Part shown: positions 18,036 to 27,568 of the stretch, piece after piece
Position numbering within the stretch: position 1 is the first letter of the stretch
Layout: every line of letters begins with the position of its first letter
NCBI GenBank assembly: GCA_028818755.1
Contig: JAPPNF010000051.1
Coordinates: forward strand, 104-64,103
DNA length: 64,000 nt
Direction: 5' to 3'
Source of the DNA: Deltaproteobacteria bacterium
Lineage (GTDB): Bacteria > Desulfobacterota > Binatia > UBA9968 > JAJDTQ01
The notes under the pieces: model-generated
What the model was told of the DNA's origin: nothing
Databases searched by the model: none
The model's input: only the letters and a program-made list of their open reading frames with translations
Position numbers and translations under genes: made by a program

Positions 18036-18788
18036 ATGAAAGTACACGAACGCGTCCTCACTCCCGAAAGGGACGGCATCTACGGCTATCTTGCGGCGCC
18101 CGAACGCGCCGAGCCCGGTCCGGCCCTGCTCATGACCCATCAGAACACCGGGGTCACCGACTACCTCAAGATCGAGGCGTTGAAGTTCGCCCATCTCGGC
18201 TACACCGTGGTGGTGCCCGAGCTGTACTCGCTGCTCGGTTATCCGGATGTGACCCACATCCACACCGGCCGGCAGATCCAGGCGCGCACGAAGGACGCGG
18301 ATTTCGTGCGGGTGATACGGCAGGGCTGGGACTATCTCACCGCGCGGAGCGACGTGGACGCCGGCCGCGTGGCCGTGTCCGGCTACTGCATGGGCGGGCG
18401 CATCGCCATCCACTTCGTCGCCGCCACCCCGGAAGTCCGGGCCTTCGTCGGCTACTACCCGACGGTGCGGGAGGAACCCACCACCGAGTTCCGCCCGGTC
18501 CACCCCTACGACGCCGCCCGCAAGATCCAGTGCCCGTCCATCATCCTGTACGGGGTCGACGACCGCATATCCACGGTGCCCATTCAACGGAAGGTGTGGG
18601 AGAGCTTCCTCGCCAACGGGCAACCGCTGGAGTGGCACTTCTTCCCCTTCGGCGGCCACGGCTTCGTGGATCCCGGCACCGAGGGTTACCATCCTCACAC
18701 CGCCAAGCTGGCTTTTCCCCTGGTGGTGGACTTCATGGACCGGGAGTTGGACAACGAGCGCGACGGCCTGACGTTCTCGGAAAACTGA
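18036..18788 (+). CDS. Dienelactone hydrolase family protein
   Basis: ...VAVSGYCMGGRIAIHF... nucleophile elbow and C-terminal ...FGGHGF motif. Start taken at the ATG giving MKVHERVLTPE. Confidence 0.75.
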   Translation: MKVHERVLTPERDGIYGYLAAPERAEPGPALLMTHQNTGVTDYLKIEALKFAHLGYTVVVPELYSLLGYPDVTHIHTGRQIQARTKDADFVRVIRQGWDYLTARSDVDAGRVAVSGYCMGGRIAIHFVAATPEVRAFVGYYPTVREEPTTEFRPVHPYDAARKIQCPSIILYGVDDRISTVPIQRKVWESFLANGQPLEWHFFPFGGHGFVDPGTEGYHPHTAKLAFPLVVDFMDRELDNERDGLTFSEN

Positions 18789-18805
18789 TCAAGGCGACCT
18801 GACTC

Positions 18806-18927
18806 TCCGACCCCCTCTCCCTCTGGGAGAGGGTTGGGGTGAGGGTGTCCGAACGGAGCGGAAGGCCGGGCAGCCCTCACCCGGCCTTCGGCCACCCTCT
18901 CCCAAGGGGAGAGGGTAAGAGTGAGCG
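18806..18927. repeat. REP-type palindromic element cluster (motifs A and B)
   Basis: CCCTCTCCCTCTGGGAGAGGGTTGGGGTGAGGGT plus CCCTCACCCGGCCTTCGGCCACCCTCTCCCAAGGGGAGAGGGT. The same family occurs at six further sites in the window. Confidence 0.85.
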
Positions 18928-18938
18928 CCTGCCTTCCT

Positions 18939-19454
18939 TCAGAGCTTGGCGAGGCGTTCCCGGCGCACCCGCTCGGCCTTGGAAAGCCGCCACGGGTTGC
19001 CCTTTTTCCGCCCGTGCAGGTCGCGCGGAGGAGCCACGAATTCGTCGGACTGCTCGGCCTCATCGGGCTCGGCCGGAGGGGTTCGCATTTTGGCGAGAAA
19101 CTCGCCGACGTAGACGGCTACGGCGCCGCTGCCTTCCACGCTCCGGCGCAGATCCCGATCGGACGTCACCACGATGCACGTGGCGCCGATCTCGCGGGCC
19201 AGGCGCTCGATGACGGCATCGGCCTTCTCGCCGTGGCGGGAGAATACCACCGTCACCGCGCCCGCCTGCTCCCGCGTCTCGTCGGAGCGGCCGCCCCGCC
19301 ACCCGTCGAAGACCGTGGTCAGGGCGTGGCCCGTGCGCGCCTGGTATTGCACCAGCTCCTTGACGAGGCCGGCGCGTTTCTGCTCCAGGTCGCCGCGCAG
19401 ACCCTGTTCACTGCCGATGACGTTATAGCCGTCGACCACGATATGGAACGGCAT
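18939..19454 (-). CDS. NYN-domain (YacP/Rae1-like) predicted RNase
   Basis: MPFHIVVDGYNVIG...TTVFDGW...VVFSRHGEKADAVIERL...IVVTSDRDL matches the YacP-like NYN family. Confidence 0.7.
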   Translation of the reverse strand: MPFHIVVDGYNVIGSEQGLRGDLEQKRAGLVKELVQYQARTGHALTTVFDGWRGGRSDETREQAGAVTVVFSRHGEKADAVIERLAREIGATCIVVTSDRDLRRSVEGSGAVAVYVGEFLAKMRTPPAEPDEAEQSDEFVAPPRDLHGRKKGNPWRLSKAERVRRERLAKL

Positions 19455-19655
19455 GGATGGAGTTCTCCGTTGACAGGCGGACGTGAAGTCCCGAAATATA
19501 CCTGTTTCGCCCAACGGGCGCGAACGCGAGGGTTTCACTAGGGCGCGGGAAATGTTGTAAGCTGCCGCTGAATCAATACCGTCACGGAGCGGGGGCCGCG
19601 CGAAGGAGTCGCCCTCGGGCCCCGTCCATCCGACCTAGAAAGCGAGTCGCGAGAG

Positions 19656-20819
19656 ATGTTCAACAAGGCAAGACGCATCCAGGAGCTGCCGCCGTACCTG
19701 TTCGCCGAGATCGACCGGAAGAAGCGGGCCGCGATGGCCAAGGGAGTGGACCTGATCGACCTGGGCATCGGGGACCCCGACATCCCCACGCCCGGAAGAA
19801 TTATCCAGAGGCTTTCGGAGACCGCCGCCGAGCCCGCCAACCACCGCTATCCCAGCAGCTCGGGGATGATGGAGTTCCGCCAGGCCGTGGCCGATTGGTA
19901 CGACCGCCGCTTCGGCGTGACGCTGGACGCCGCCACCGAGGTGACGTCGCTCATCGGCTCCAAGGAAGGCGTGGCCAACATGGCGGTGGCCTACGTGGAC
20001 CCCGGCGACGTCGTGCTGGTGCCCACGCCGGCCTATCCGGTGTACGCCATCGGCACGCGCTTCAACGGCGGCGACGTCCATTTCCTTCCCCTGACGCGGG
20101 ACAACGGGTTCCTGCCCGACTTGGCGAGCATCCCCGCGGACGTGCTGGAGCGGGCGAAGATGCTGTGGATCAACTACCCCAACAACCCCACCGGCGCGGT
20201 GTGCGACCTGAGCTTCTTCGAGGAAGCCGTGGAGTTCGCCCACCGGCACAACATCGTCCTGTGTCACGACGCCGCCTACACCGAGCTGGGCTTCGACGAC
20301 TACTGGGCCCCGAGCATCCTGCAGGTGGACGGCGCCAGGGAGGTCGCCATCGAGTTCCATTCGCTGTCCAAGACCTTCAACATGACCGGCTGGCGCATCG
20401 GCATGGCGGTGGGTTGCGCGGAGCTGGTGGGGACCCTGGCGCAGGTGAAGTCCAACGTGGACTCCGGCGTCTTCCAGCCCGTGCAGGAAGCCGCGATCCT
20501 CGCCCTGGAGCACGCCGAGGAGTTCTTGGGCCCCATCCGCGAGGTGTACCAGGAACGGCGCGATACCGTGGTCGACGGCCTCCACCGCGCCGGCTTCGAG
20601 CTGCCGGCGCCGCGGGCGACCTTCTACGTCTGGCTGCCCGTGCCCGGCGGATGGACCTCCACGGACTTCACGGCCCGGCTCCTCGACGAGGCCGGCATCG
20701 TCACCACCCCCGGCAACGGCTTCGGCGATCCCGGCGAGGGCTTCATCCGGATGACCCTGTGCTCCCCGGCCGAGCGGCTCAAGGAGGCCGTGGAGCGGCT
20801 CCGGCAGGTGAGCCTGTAG
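19656..20819 (+). CDS. dapL: Class I/II PLP aminotransferase, LL-diaminopimelate aminotransferase-like
   Basis: N-terminus RIQELPPYLFAEIDRKKRAAMAKGVDLIDLGIGDPDIPTP and PLP-lysine motif SLSKTFNMTGWRIG. Confidence 0.65.
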   Translation: MFNKARRIQELPPYLFAEIDRKKRAAMAKGVDLIDLGIGDPDIPTPGRIIQRLSETAAEPANHRYPSSSGMMEFRQAVADWYDRRFGVTLDAATEVTSLIGSKEGVANMAVAYVDPGDVVLVPTPAYPVYAIGTRFNGGDVHFLPLTRDNGFLPDLASIPADVLERAKMLWINYPNNPTGAVCDLSFFEEAVEFAHRHNIVLCHDAAYTELGFDDYWAPSILQVDGAREVAIEFHSLSKTFNMTGWRIGMAVGCAELVGTLAQVKSNVDSGVFQPVQEAAILALEHAEEFLGPIREVYQERRDTVVDGLHRAGFELPAPRATFYVWLPVPGGWTSTDFTARLLDEAGIVTTPGNGFGDPGEGFIRMTLCSPAERLKEAVERLRQVSL

Positions 20820-20826
20820 CGGTCCC

Positions 20827-21333
20827 GTGCGGCATCGCGCCTACATCGGGGTGGGCTCGAACCAGGGAGACAAGGAGGCGAACTGCCGCCGCGCCGTCAG
20901 GGAGATCGGTGGAATGCCGCAAACCCGGCTGCGGCAGGTGTCGAGCTGGTTCGCCACCGAGCCGTGGGGCGCCGCCAGCTCGGAATGGTACGTCAACGGA
21001 GCCGTGGCCGTCGACACGGGCCTGGAACCGCAGACGCTCCTGCGGCACTGCCAGGCCCTCGAAGCGAGGATGGGCCGCCGGCCCAGCCCGGTGCGCTGGG
21101 CGGACCGGGTCATTGATCTGGACATCCTTTTCTTCGATGATATGGTTTTGGAAGAACCCGGGTTGACCATCCCGCACCCGGAACTTCACCGTCGCCGGTT
21201 CGTGCTGGTTCCGCTGTGCGAGATCGCGCCGGATCTCAGGCACCCGCGCCTGGACGGCGATGTCCGGGGACTGCTGGCGCGGGTGGACGACGACAAACGG
21301 ATCCGGGAAGGAACCTCTCCCGGAGGCGCATGA
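20827..21333 (+). CDS. folK: 2-amino-4-hydroxy-6-hydroxymethyldihydropteridine diphosphokinase
   Basis: AYIGVGSNQGD...S.WFATEPWG...RVIDLDILFFDD...LTIPHPELHRRRFVLVPLCEIAP. GTG start. Confidence 0.85.
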   Translation: MRHRAYIGVGSNQGDKEANCRRAVREIGGMPQTRLRQVSSWFATEPWGAASSEWYVNGAVAVDTGLEPQTLLRHCQALEARMGRRPSPVRWADRVIDLDILFFDDMVLEEPGLTIPHPELHRRRFVLVPLCEIAPDLRHPRLDGDVRGLLARVDDDKRIREGTSPGGA

Positions 21334-21362
21334 GCCACGACGATCATTGACGGTACGCCGCC

Positions 21363-21596
21363 ATGTTCCTCAAGTTTCTGATACTGGGCTTGCTGGTCTA
21401 CCTGTTCCTGGTGCTGCTCTACTCGAGCATCAAGAAGAAAGGCAAAGGCAGCGCCTCCGACCCCTCCCAGGGCGAGTCCATGGTCCTGGACCCCCACTGC
21501 AAGAGCTACGTCCCCAAGAACGAAGCCTACCAGTCACACGGCCACTACTTCTGCAGCGAAGAGTGCGCAAGGGCCTACGCGGCCCAGCAGGTCTAA
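21363..21596 (+). CDS. Small membrane-anchored protein with a C-terminal Cys-rich motif
   Basis: N-terminal TM (FLKFLILGLLVYLFLVLLY) and C-terminal DPHCKSYVPKNEAYQSHGHYFCSEECARAY. Confidence 0.5.
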   Translation: MFLKFLILGLLVYLFLVLLYSSIKKKGKGSASDPSQGESMVLDPHCKSYVPKNEAYQSHGHYFCSEECARAYAAQQV

Positions 21597-21628
21597 AGAT
21601 GCGCAGTTGCTTTTGGGCGTGTCGCAGT

Positions 21629-21865
21629 TCATACGAGGAGCCGAACCAACAGTCCCACGGCCCCCACGACAAGTCCGGCCAAGGCTAGCCCGTAGACGAA
21701 TATCCTGCGTTCGAGACCGGCAACGGTCTCCAGCAGGTCGGCCTTCGTTACCAGGTCGCCCTGCCCCTCTCGGATGGCCTCGACGATGGCTTCGGCTTGA
21801 CCCGGCTGCATCCCTGCCTCCTGCAACCTGCGGGCCGCGGCCAGAGTGTCGAAAGACCTTGCCAT
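21629..21865 (-). CDS. Short DUF1640-like protein with C-terminal TM anchor
   Basis: MARSFDTLAAARRLQEAGMQPGQAEAIVEAI...DLVTKADL... plus TM IFVYGLALAGLVVGAVGLLV. The N-terminus resembles the 8515-8940 product. Confidence 0.55.
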   Translation of the reverse strand: MARSFDTLAAARRLQEAGMQPGQAEAIVEAIREGQGDLVTKADLLETVAGLERRIFVYGLALAGLVVGAVGLLVRLLV

Positions 21866-21912
21866 GCGCTCACGCTATCATGCCCCATTCGGAAGTCAAT
21901 AGGTCGTGCGAA

Positions 21913-22482
<570 letters not shown>

Positions 22483-22486
22483 GGCG

Positions 22487-23977
22487 CTACCGCTCTTTCC
22501 TCCAGGCTTCCGCCAGTTCGATGGCCTTGAGCATGCCTTGCGCCTTGTTGAGGGTTTCCTCGTACTCCGCGGCGGGATCGGAGTCGGCCACAATGCCGGC
22601 GCCGGCCTGGATGACCGCGGTGCCGTCGTGAACGGTGATGGTGCGGATGGCGATGCAGGTGTCCATGTTCTTGTTGAAGCTCAGGTAGCCCACGGCGCCG
22701 GCGTAGAGCCCCCGCCTCTGCGGCTCCGTTTCGCTGATGATCTGCATGGCCCGGACCTTGGGGGCGCCGGAAACCGTCCCCGCGGGGAAGCAGGAGGCGA
22801 ACAGGTCCAGTGGCGTCTTCCCCCGGGCCATCTCTCCCCTGACGTTGGAGACGATGTGCATCACGTGGGAATAGCGCTCGATGGTCATGAGCTGGTCCAC
22901 CTCCACCGAGCCCACCTTGGCCACCCGCCCCACGTCGTTGCGCCCGAGATCCACCAGCATGATGTGCTCGGCCCGCTCCTTCGGGTCCGCCAGGAGGTCC
23001 TCCTCCAGTTCCCGTTCTTCCTGCGCGTCCTGGCCCCGTGGCCGGGTGCCGGCGATGGGGCGAAGCTCGATGTTCCGGCCGGTGAGGCGGACGAGGATCT
23101 CCGGCGAGGAGCCGATGATCTTGAGGTCGTCCAGCTCGAGGAAGAACATGTAGGGAGACGGGTTGGTGAACCGCAGGGCGCGGTAGATCTCGAACGGCTC
23201 GACCTGTGTGCGGGCTTCCAGCCGTTGGGAGAGCACCACCTGGATGACGTCGCCGGCGGCGATGTATTCCTTGCCCTTGCGCACCATGCCCTGGAACACC
23301 TGCGGCGTGACGTTGGAGCGGTACTTGACGGCCGATCCGGTGCCCGTGAGGCTCCTGGCCTCCAGGGTCTTGGGCGATTTCCGCAAGGATGACCGCACGT
23401 TCTCGATACGCGAGACGGCGTCGCCGTAGAGGACGCGCGGGCGCGCGCCTTGTTCGATGGGCACGTTGTCGATGATGGTGATGGTGTGCTTGAGGTTGTC
23501 GAAGCTCACGAGAGTGCGCACCAGCAGGAAGTAGATGTCCGGATAGCCGCTGGCCCGTTGTGCCGGGTTGGGGACTCCGTGCAGCATTTCCACCGCGTCA
23601 TAGGATACGTAGCCCAGCGCGCCGCCGGTGAAGGGGAGATCCGGCAACGTGGTTGCCGGCTTGTACCCGTCGAGGATCTCCGCCAGCTCCCCCAGCGGGT
23701 CGTCGCTGGTCCGCCGCTCCGTCTTCCGTCCGCGGGTGATCTCGACGTCGCGCCCCCAGGCCTTGAAGACCAGCTCGGGCGCGGTGCCCAGAAACGAGTA
23801 GCGCGCCCAGCGCTCGCTGCCCTCCACGCTCTCCAGCAGGAAGGAATGGCGGCTTTTCTTCAGACGGTTGTAGAAGGACACGGGGGTTTCCAGGTCCATG
23901 AGGATCTCCTCATAGACCGGGACCACGTTCCCCTGTCTGGCGAGCTCCGCGAACTCGCGGTACGAAGGTTGAATCAT
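22487..23977 (-). CDS. trpE: Anthranilate synthase component I
   Basis: Full-length chorismate-binding enzyme: ...LLESVEGSERWARYSF...GTRPRG...LVDLGRNDVGRV...GAPKVRAMQII...RGLYAGAVGY. Confidence 0.85.
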   Translation of the reverse strand: MIQPSYREFAELARQGNVVPVYEEILMDLETPVSFYNRLKKSRHSFLLESVEGSERWARYSFLGTAPELVFKAWGRDVEITRGRKTERRTSDDPLGELAEILDGYKPATTLPDLPFTGGALGYVSYDAVEMLHGVPNPAQRASGYPDIYFLLVRTLVSFDNLKHTITIIDNVPIEQGARPRVLYGDAVSRIENVRSSLRKSPKTLEARSLTGTGSAVKYRSNVTPQVFQGMVRKGKEYIAAGDVIQVVLSQRLEARTQVEPFEIYRALRFTNPSPYMFFLELDDLKIIGSSPEILVRLTGRNIELRPIAGTRPRGQDAQEERELEEDLLADPKERAEHIMLVDLGRNDVGRVAKVGSVEVDQLMTIERYSHVMHIVSNVRGEMARGKTPLDLFASCFPAGTVSGAPKVRAMQIISETEPQRRGLYAGAVGYLSFNKNMDTCIAIRTITVHDGTAVIQAGAGIVADSDPAAEYEETLNKAQGMLKAIELAEAWRKER

Positions 23978-24062
23978 GGGTGTCGTGGAGGGTGTTGAGC
24001 GACGACAGAAACGGGCTTGATTCCTGGAGAGCTATTCTAGCCGATATGCATTCATAGCGCGA

Positions 24063-24674
24063 ATGTTCGGCTCCGCCTCCGCGAAAACGCTGCTGAATCC
24101 GTTCAAACGTGCAATGATCAGCGGGTTCATTGTGACAATCGACAACGGAGTTGCTGATTATCATGACAGACGACGAGATGTTGCCGCCAATCCGTGTTTC
24201 CGACCCGTGAAGGCATGCCGCACAAGAACGCGCTGGTTCTTGTCCCTGGGTTGCGCGTTCCTGCTATGCGTTCAGGCCGCCTGCCACAACGAACCGTTGG
24301 TGGTCTTCGAGGACGCCGGCGGAACCAAGGCCAGTTTCCGGGTGGAGGTGGCCGATACCCCCGGGAAGCGGAGTTGGGGGTTGATGTACCGGAACGAGAT
24401 GGGGACGGACGAGGGCATGCTGTTCGTGTTTCCCGACGAGCGCGATCAGTCGTTCTGGATGAAGAACACTCCGCTGTCCCTCGACATCATCTTCATGGAC
24501 ACGCGCGGGCGGGTGGTGGGGATCGTCCACGATACCGTACCGTTCTCCACCCGTTCGGTCGGCATAGGGGTCCCCAGCCGGTACGTGCTGGAGGTCCGCG
24601 CGGGACTGGCGCGCCGGAACGGTATCGTCGTGGGCGACACGGCGCGCTTCAAGCGCGTTCCGGGTATGTTCTAG
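24063..24674 (+). CDS. DUF192 (COG1430) domain protein
   Basis: FRVEVADTPGKRSWGLMYRNEMGTDEGMLFVFPDERDQSFWMKNTPLSLDIIFMD...YVLEVRAG. The true start within 24063-24200 is uncertain. Confidence 0.65.
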   Translation: MFGSASAKTLLNPFKRAMISGFIVTIDNGVADYHDRRRDVAANPCFRPVKACRTRTRWFLSLGCAFLLCVQAACHNEPLVVFEDAGGTKASFRVEVADTPGKRSWGLMYRNEMGTDEGMLFVFPDERDQSFWMKNTPLSLDIIFMDTRGRVVGIVHDTVPFSTRSVGIGVPSRYVLEVRAGLARRNGIVVGDTARFKRVPGMF

Positions 24675-24675
24675 G

Positions 24676-24785
24676 ACCCTCACCCCGACCCTCTCCCAGG
24701 GGGAGAGGGCAATTTGACACCCTCCCCCTCTGAGAGAAGGCAATTTGATCCCCTCTCCCTCTGGGAGAGGGTCGGGGTGAGGGTC
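24676..24785. repeat. REP-type element cluster
   Basis: CCCTCACCCCGACCCTCTCCCAGGGGGAGAGGGCAATTTGA, a degenerate copy, and CCCTCTCCCTCTGGGAGAGGGTCGGGGTGAGGGT. Confidence 0.85.
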
Positions 24786-24851
24786 TGGCGGACGTATCGC
24801 CATCGGCGCCCTCAGGGTGTCCGGAGGACCGGGGCGTAGAAGCCCGCGGAC

Positions 24852-25919
24852 TCAGATCTCCCGGAAAAAGTAGGGTCGGATGGGCTGCAGGCGCTCCTCG
24901 TAGGTGTCCGGGTTCAGCAGCCACAAGGTCGCCGCGATGCTGCTCAGGAGCGAGTTCCCGTCCTGGGAGGTGAAGCACATGCCCACGACCTCCCGGTCCC
25001 CCCGCAGCGCGATGCTCTGGGTGACGATGGCGGTGTGGTTGAGGATGCGCCCGAACAGGCCGTGGTCGCGGCCGAAGGAGAACACCGACGCCGACGACTT
25101 CTTGTTGGTGACGGCGATGCGGGCGTTCGCCCGGATCCTCTGCATGAGCTGCTCCAGGGCGATGGCGCGCTTGAGGATCAGGTTGAAGTGGATCGTGTGC
25201 ATGTACTGGGTGTTGATCTTGAGAGCCGAGGAGTAGATGTTGAGGTCGAGACCCAGGGACTTGAACAGGTAGTAGGCGTCCCGCCCCTGGTGGGTGCCGA
25301 ACCTCTCGTCGTCATGGCGTCCCACCTCGGGCGCGGGAATGAAGTCCCCTTCCTGGCTGATGTCGTTGGCCCGCCGCATACAGACGAACCGTCCGGCCTC
25401 CAGGTTGTCCTCCTTCTCCGGCCCCAGGGCGAGGGTGTCGATGAGCACGGCGAGGTTGTGGGTGTTGCAGCTCACGACCTGGACGAAGCGGTCCTCTTCC
25501 CTTTCCAGGGCCGCGTCGTTGATGCCGCGGGCATACATCTTGCCGAAACCGAATTCGCTGCCCTGGGCGATGAATCCCTTGCCGTTCTTGCCCGCGAACT
25601 GCTGGTAGTGCTTTTCCTTGTTCTGATTCCCCACCGGCGTGCAGTCGATGACCACGGAGGCCCGATCTATGGCTGCTTCGGAGTCGAAGGACGGATCCAT
25701 CCCAAGCTTGACGAACTCGTCCCAATGGTCCTTCTCGACGCTCAGCCGGGCGCCCTTGCTCTGAAGCGCCGTGACCTTGGAGCGGTCGGTCACCCGCGGG
25801 GTCTGCTTGTTGAACGTCACCTCGTCGATGCCGAAGGACTCCCTGAAGCTCGCCAGGATACCGATGAGCGGCTCGCCTATGGTACCGGTACCGACTACGT
25901 GAACGACCTTCTTGCTCAT
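24852..25919 (-). CDS. Type II (archaeal-type) glyceraldehyde-3-phosphate dehydrogenase-like NAD(P) dehydrogenase
   Basis: Rossmann N-terminus VHVVGTGTIGEP, VIDCTPVGNQNKEKHY, catalytic-Cys motif VVSCNTHNL (archaeal GAPDH has VVSCNTT), and later THQGRD and TQYMHTIHF segments collinear with archaeal GAPDH. Confidence 0.6.
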   Translation of the reverse strand: MSKKVVHVVGTGTIGEPLIGILASFRESFGIDEVTFNKQTPRVTDRSKVTALQSKGARLSVEKDHWDEFVKLGMDPSFDSEAAIDRASVVIDCTPVGNQNKEKHYQQFAGKNGKGFIAQGSEFGFGKMYARGINDAALEREEDRFVQVVSCNTHNLAVLIDTLALGPEKEDNLEAGRFVCMRRANDISQEGDFIPAPEVGRHDDERFGTHQGRDAYYLFKSLGLDLNIYSSALKINTQYMHTIHFNLILKRAIALEQLMQRIRANARIAVTNKKSSASVFSFGRDHGLFGRILNHTAIVTQSIALRGDREVVGMCFTSQDGNSLLSSIAATLWLLNPDTYEERLQPIRPYFFREI

Positions 25920-26078
25920 CGATCCAACTCCTCGAAACGTCCGCCGAACGCACGCCGCGTCCTTTCAAGTTCCATGTCTTGCCGGTAGACTGTTCGTGTA
26001 CCGGAGGGGGTGGAGCGGCCGCGGATCGGCTCTCCCCATAGTATACTAGCTGGGCTGATGTAAGGAAAGGGAAGCGCT

Positions 26079-27566
26079 TTGGACAAGAGCCTCTCAAGCC
26101 GGCCCGAGTTCTCGCCGGCGGCATTCTTCGACGAGCGGTTCGGCGTAACCGCGCGCGATCTGGACCGGGTCCTGGGCCGCGCGATGGCCCGGCAGGCGGA
26201 CTACGCCGACCTCTATTTCGAGTACCGGACTAACGACCAGGTCCATCTAGAGGAGGGTCTGGTCAAGCATGCCTCGGTCTCCACGGCCAACGGCGTGGGC
26301 GCGCGGGTGCTGGCCGAGGACAAGACCGGATACGCGTTCACCGACGACGTCACCATCAAGAACCTGGATTCGGCGGTAAGGACGGCCAACGTCATCGCCA
26401 GCGACCGGGGTTCGGAGCTGCCGGCGCGGGTTCCCGCTCCGGCCGGACCGCGGCACGATCTCTATCCGGTGGCGCATTCCTTTGCCGATGTTCCCCTGGA
26501 GCGCAAGATCGCTCTGTTGCAGGAGCTGGACGGGTTCGCCAGGAAGGCCGATCCCCGGGTGAAGGGGGTCTTCGCGTCGCTGCTGCTGGAGAACAAGGTG
26601 GTGCTCATCGCCTCGTCGCAGGGCTGGGTACTGGGGGACTTCCAGCCTCTGGTCCGCTGCAACATCCGCTGCATCGTGGAAGCCGGCGGCAAGCGGCAGG
26701 CCGGGTACTTCGGATGGGGCGGGCGCATGTCGCTGGACGACTGCACGGACACGGAGCGGTGCGAGGCACATGCACGGGAGGCGGTGCGCCGGGCGCTGGT
26801 GAACCTCGAGGCGGCGGCGGCTCCCGCCGGCCCCATGGACGTGGTCCTCGGTCCGGGCTGGCCCGGCATCCTGCTGCACGAGGCCATCGGGCACGGACTG
26901 GAGGCCGACTTCAACCGTCGCAAGACCTCGGCCTTTTCCGGGCGCATCGGCGAGCGCGTGGCCACCGATCTCTGCACGGTGGTGGACGACGGCACCATCC
27001 CGTCGCGGCGGGGCTCCCTCAACGTGGACGACGAGGGGACGCCGACCCAGCGCACGGTGTTGATCGAGAACGGCATCCTGCGGGGCTACATGCACGACCG
27101 GTTGAACGCGGCGCTGCTGGGCATGGAGCTCACCGGCAACGGGCGGCGCGAGAGCTACGCCCACGTCCCTATGCCGCGCATGACCAACACCTTCATGCTG
27201 GCGGGGGAGGAGGATCCCGAGGACATCATCCGCTCGGTGAAGGACGGCCTCTACGCGGTGTCCTTCGGCGGCGGGCAGGTGGACATCACCAGCGGCAAGT
27301 TCGTGTTTTCCGCCAACGAGGCGTACCGGATCGAGGATGGACGAATTACCCATCCGGTGCGGGACGCCACCCTCATCGGCAACGGCCCCGACGTGCTCAC
27401 CCGCGTCAGCCGGGTGGGGGCGGACCTGGCGCTCGACGACGGCATCGGGACCTGCGGCAAGGACGGCCAGGGGGTGCCCGTCGGGGTGGGCCTGCCGACG
27501 ATTCGCGTGGACCAAGTCGTGGTGGGCGGCACCAGCGTGCGCGGCGCCGGCTCTTTCCAGGGTTAG
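26079..27566 (+). CDS. tldD: Metalloprotease TldD
   Basis: ...ADLYFEY..., HEAIGHGLEADF zinc motif, C-terminal ...GTCGKDGQGVPVG. TTG start at 26079. Confidence 0.85.
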   Translation: MDKSLSSRPEFSPAAFFDERFGVTARDLDRVLGRAMARQADYADLYFEYRTNDQVHLEEGLVKHASVSTANGVGARVLAEDKTGYAFTDDVTIKNLDSAVRTANVIASDRGSELPARVPAPAGPRHDLYPVAHSFADVPLERKIALLQELDGFARKADPRVKGVFASLLLENKVVLIASSQGWVLGDFQPLVRCNIRCIVEAGGKRQAGYFGWGGRMSLDDCTDTERCEAHAREAVRRALVNLEAAAAPAGPMDVVLGPGWPGILLHEAIGHGLEADFNRRKTSAFSGRIGERVATDLCTVVDDGTIPSRRGSLNVDDEGTPTQRTVLIENGILRGYMHDRLNAALLGMELTGNGRRESYAHVPMPRMTNTFMLAGEEDPEDIIRSVKDGLYAVSFGGGQVDITSGKFVFSANEAYRIEDGRITHPVRDATLIGNGPDVLTRVSRVGADLALDDGIGTCGKDGQGVPVGVGLPTIRVDQVVVGGTSVRGAGSFQG

Positions 27567-27568
27567 CC

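Noticed and set aside
18695-19063. ORFs running through REP clusters (also 24649-24978, 36233-36448 and 60114-60323) that encode GEGRGEG / HPAFGHPLP-type peptides.
   Set aside because: The sequence is repeat-derived and appears in multiple frames and on both strands. There is no independent coding evidence.
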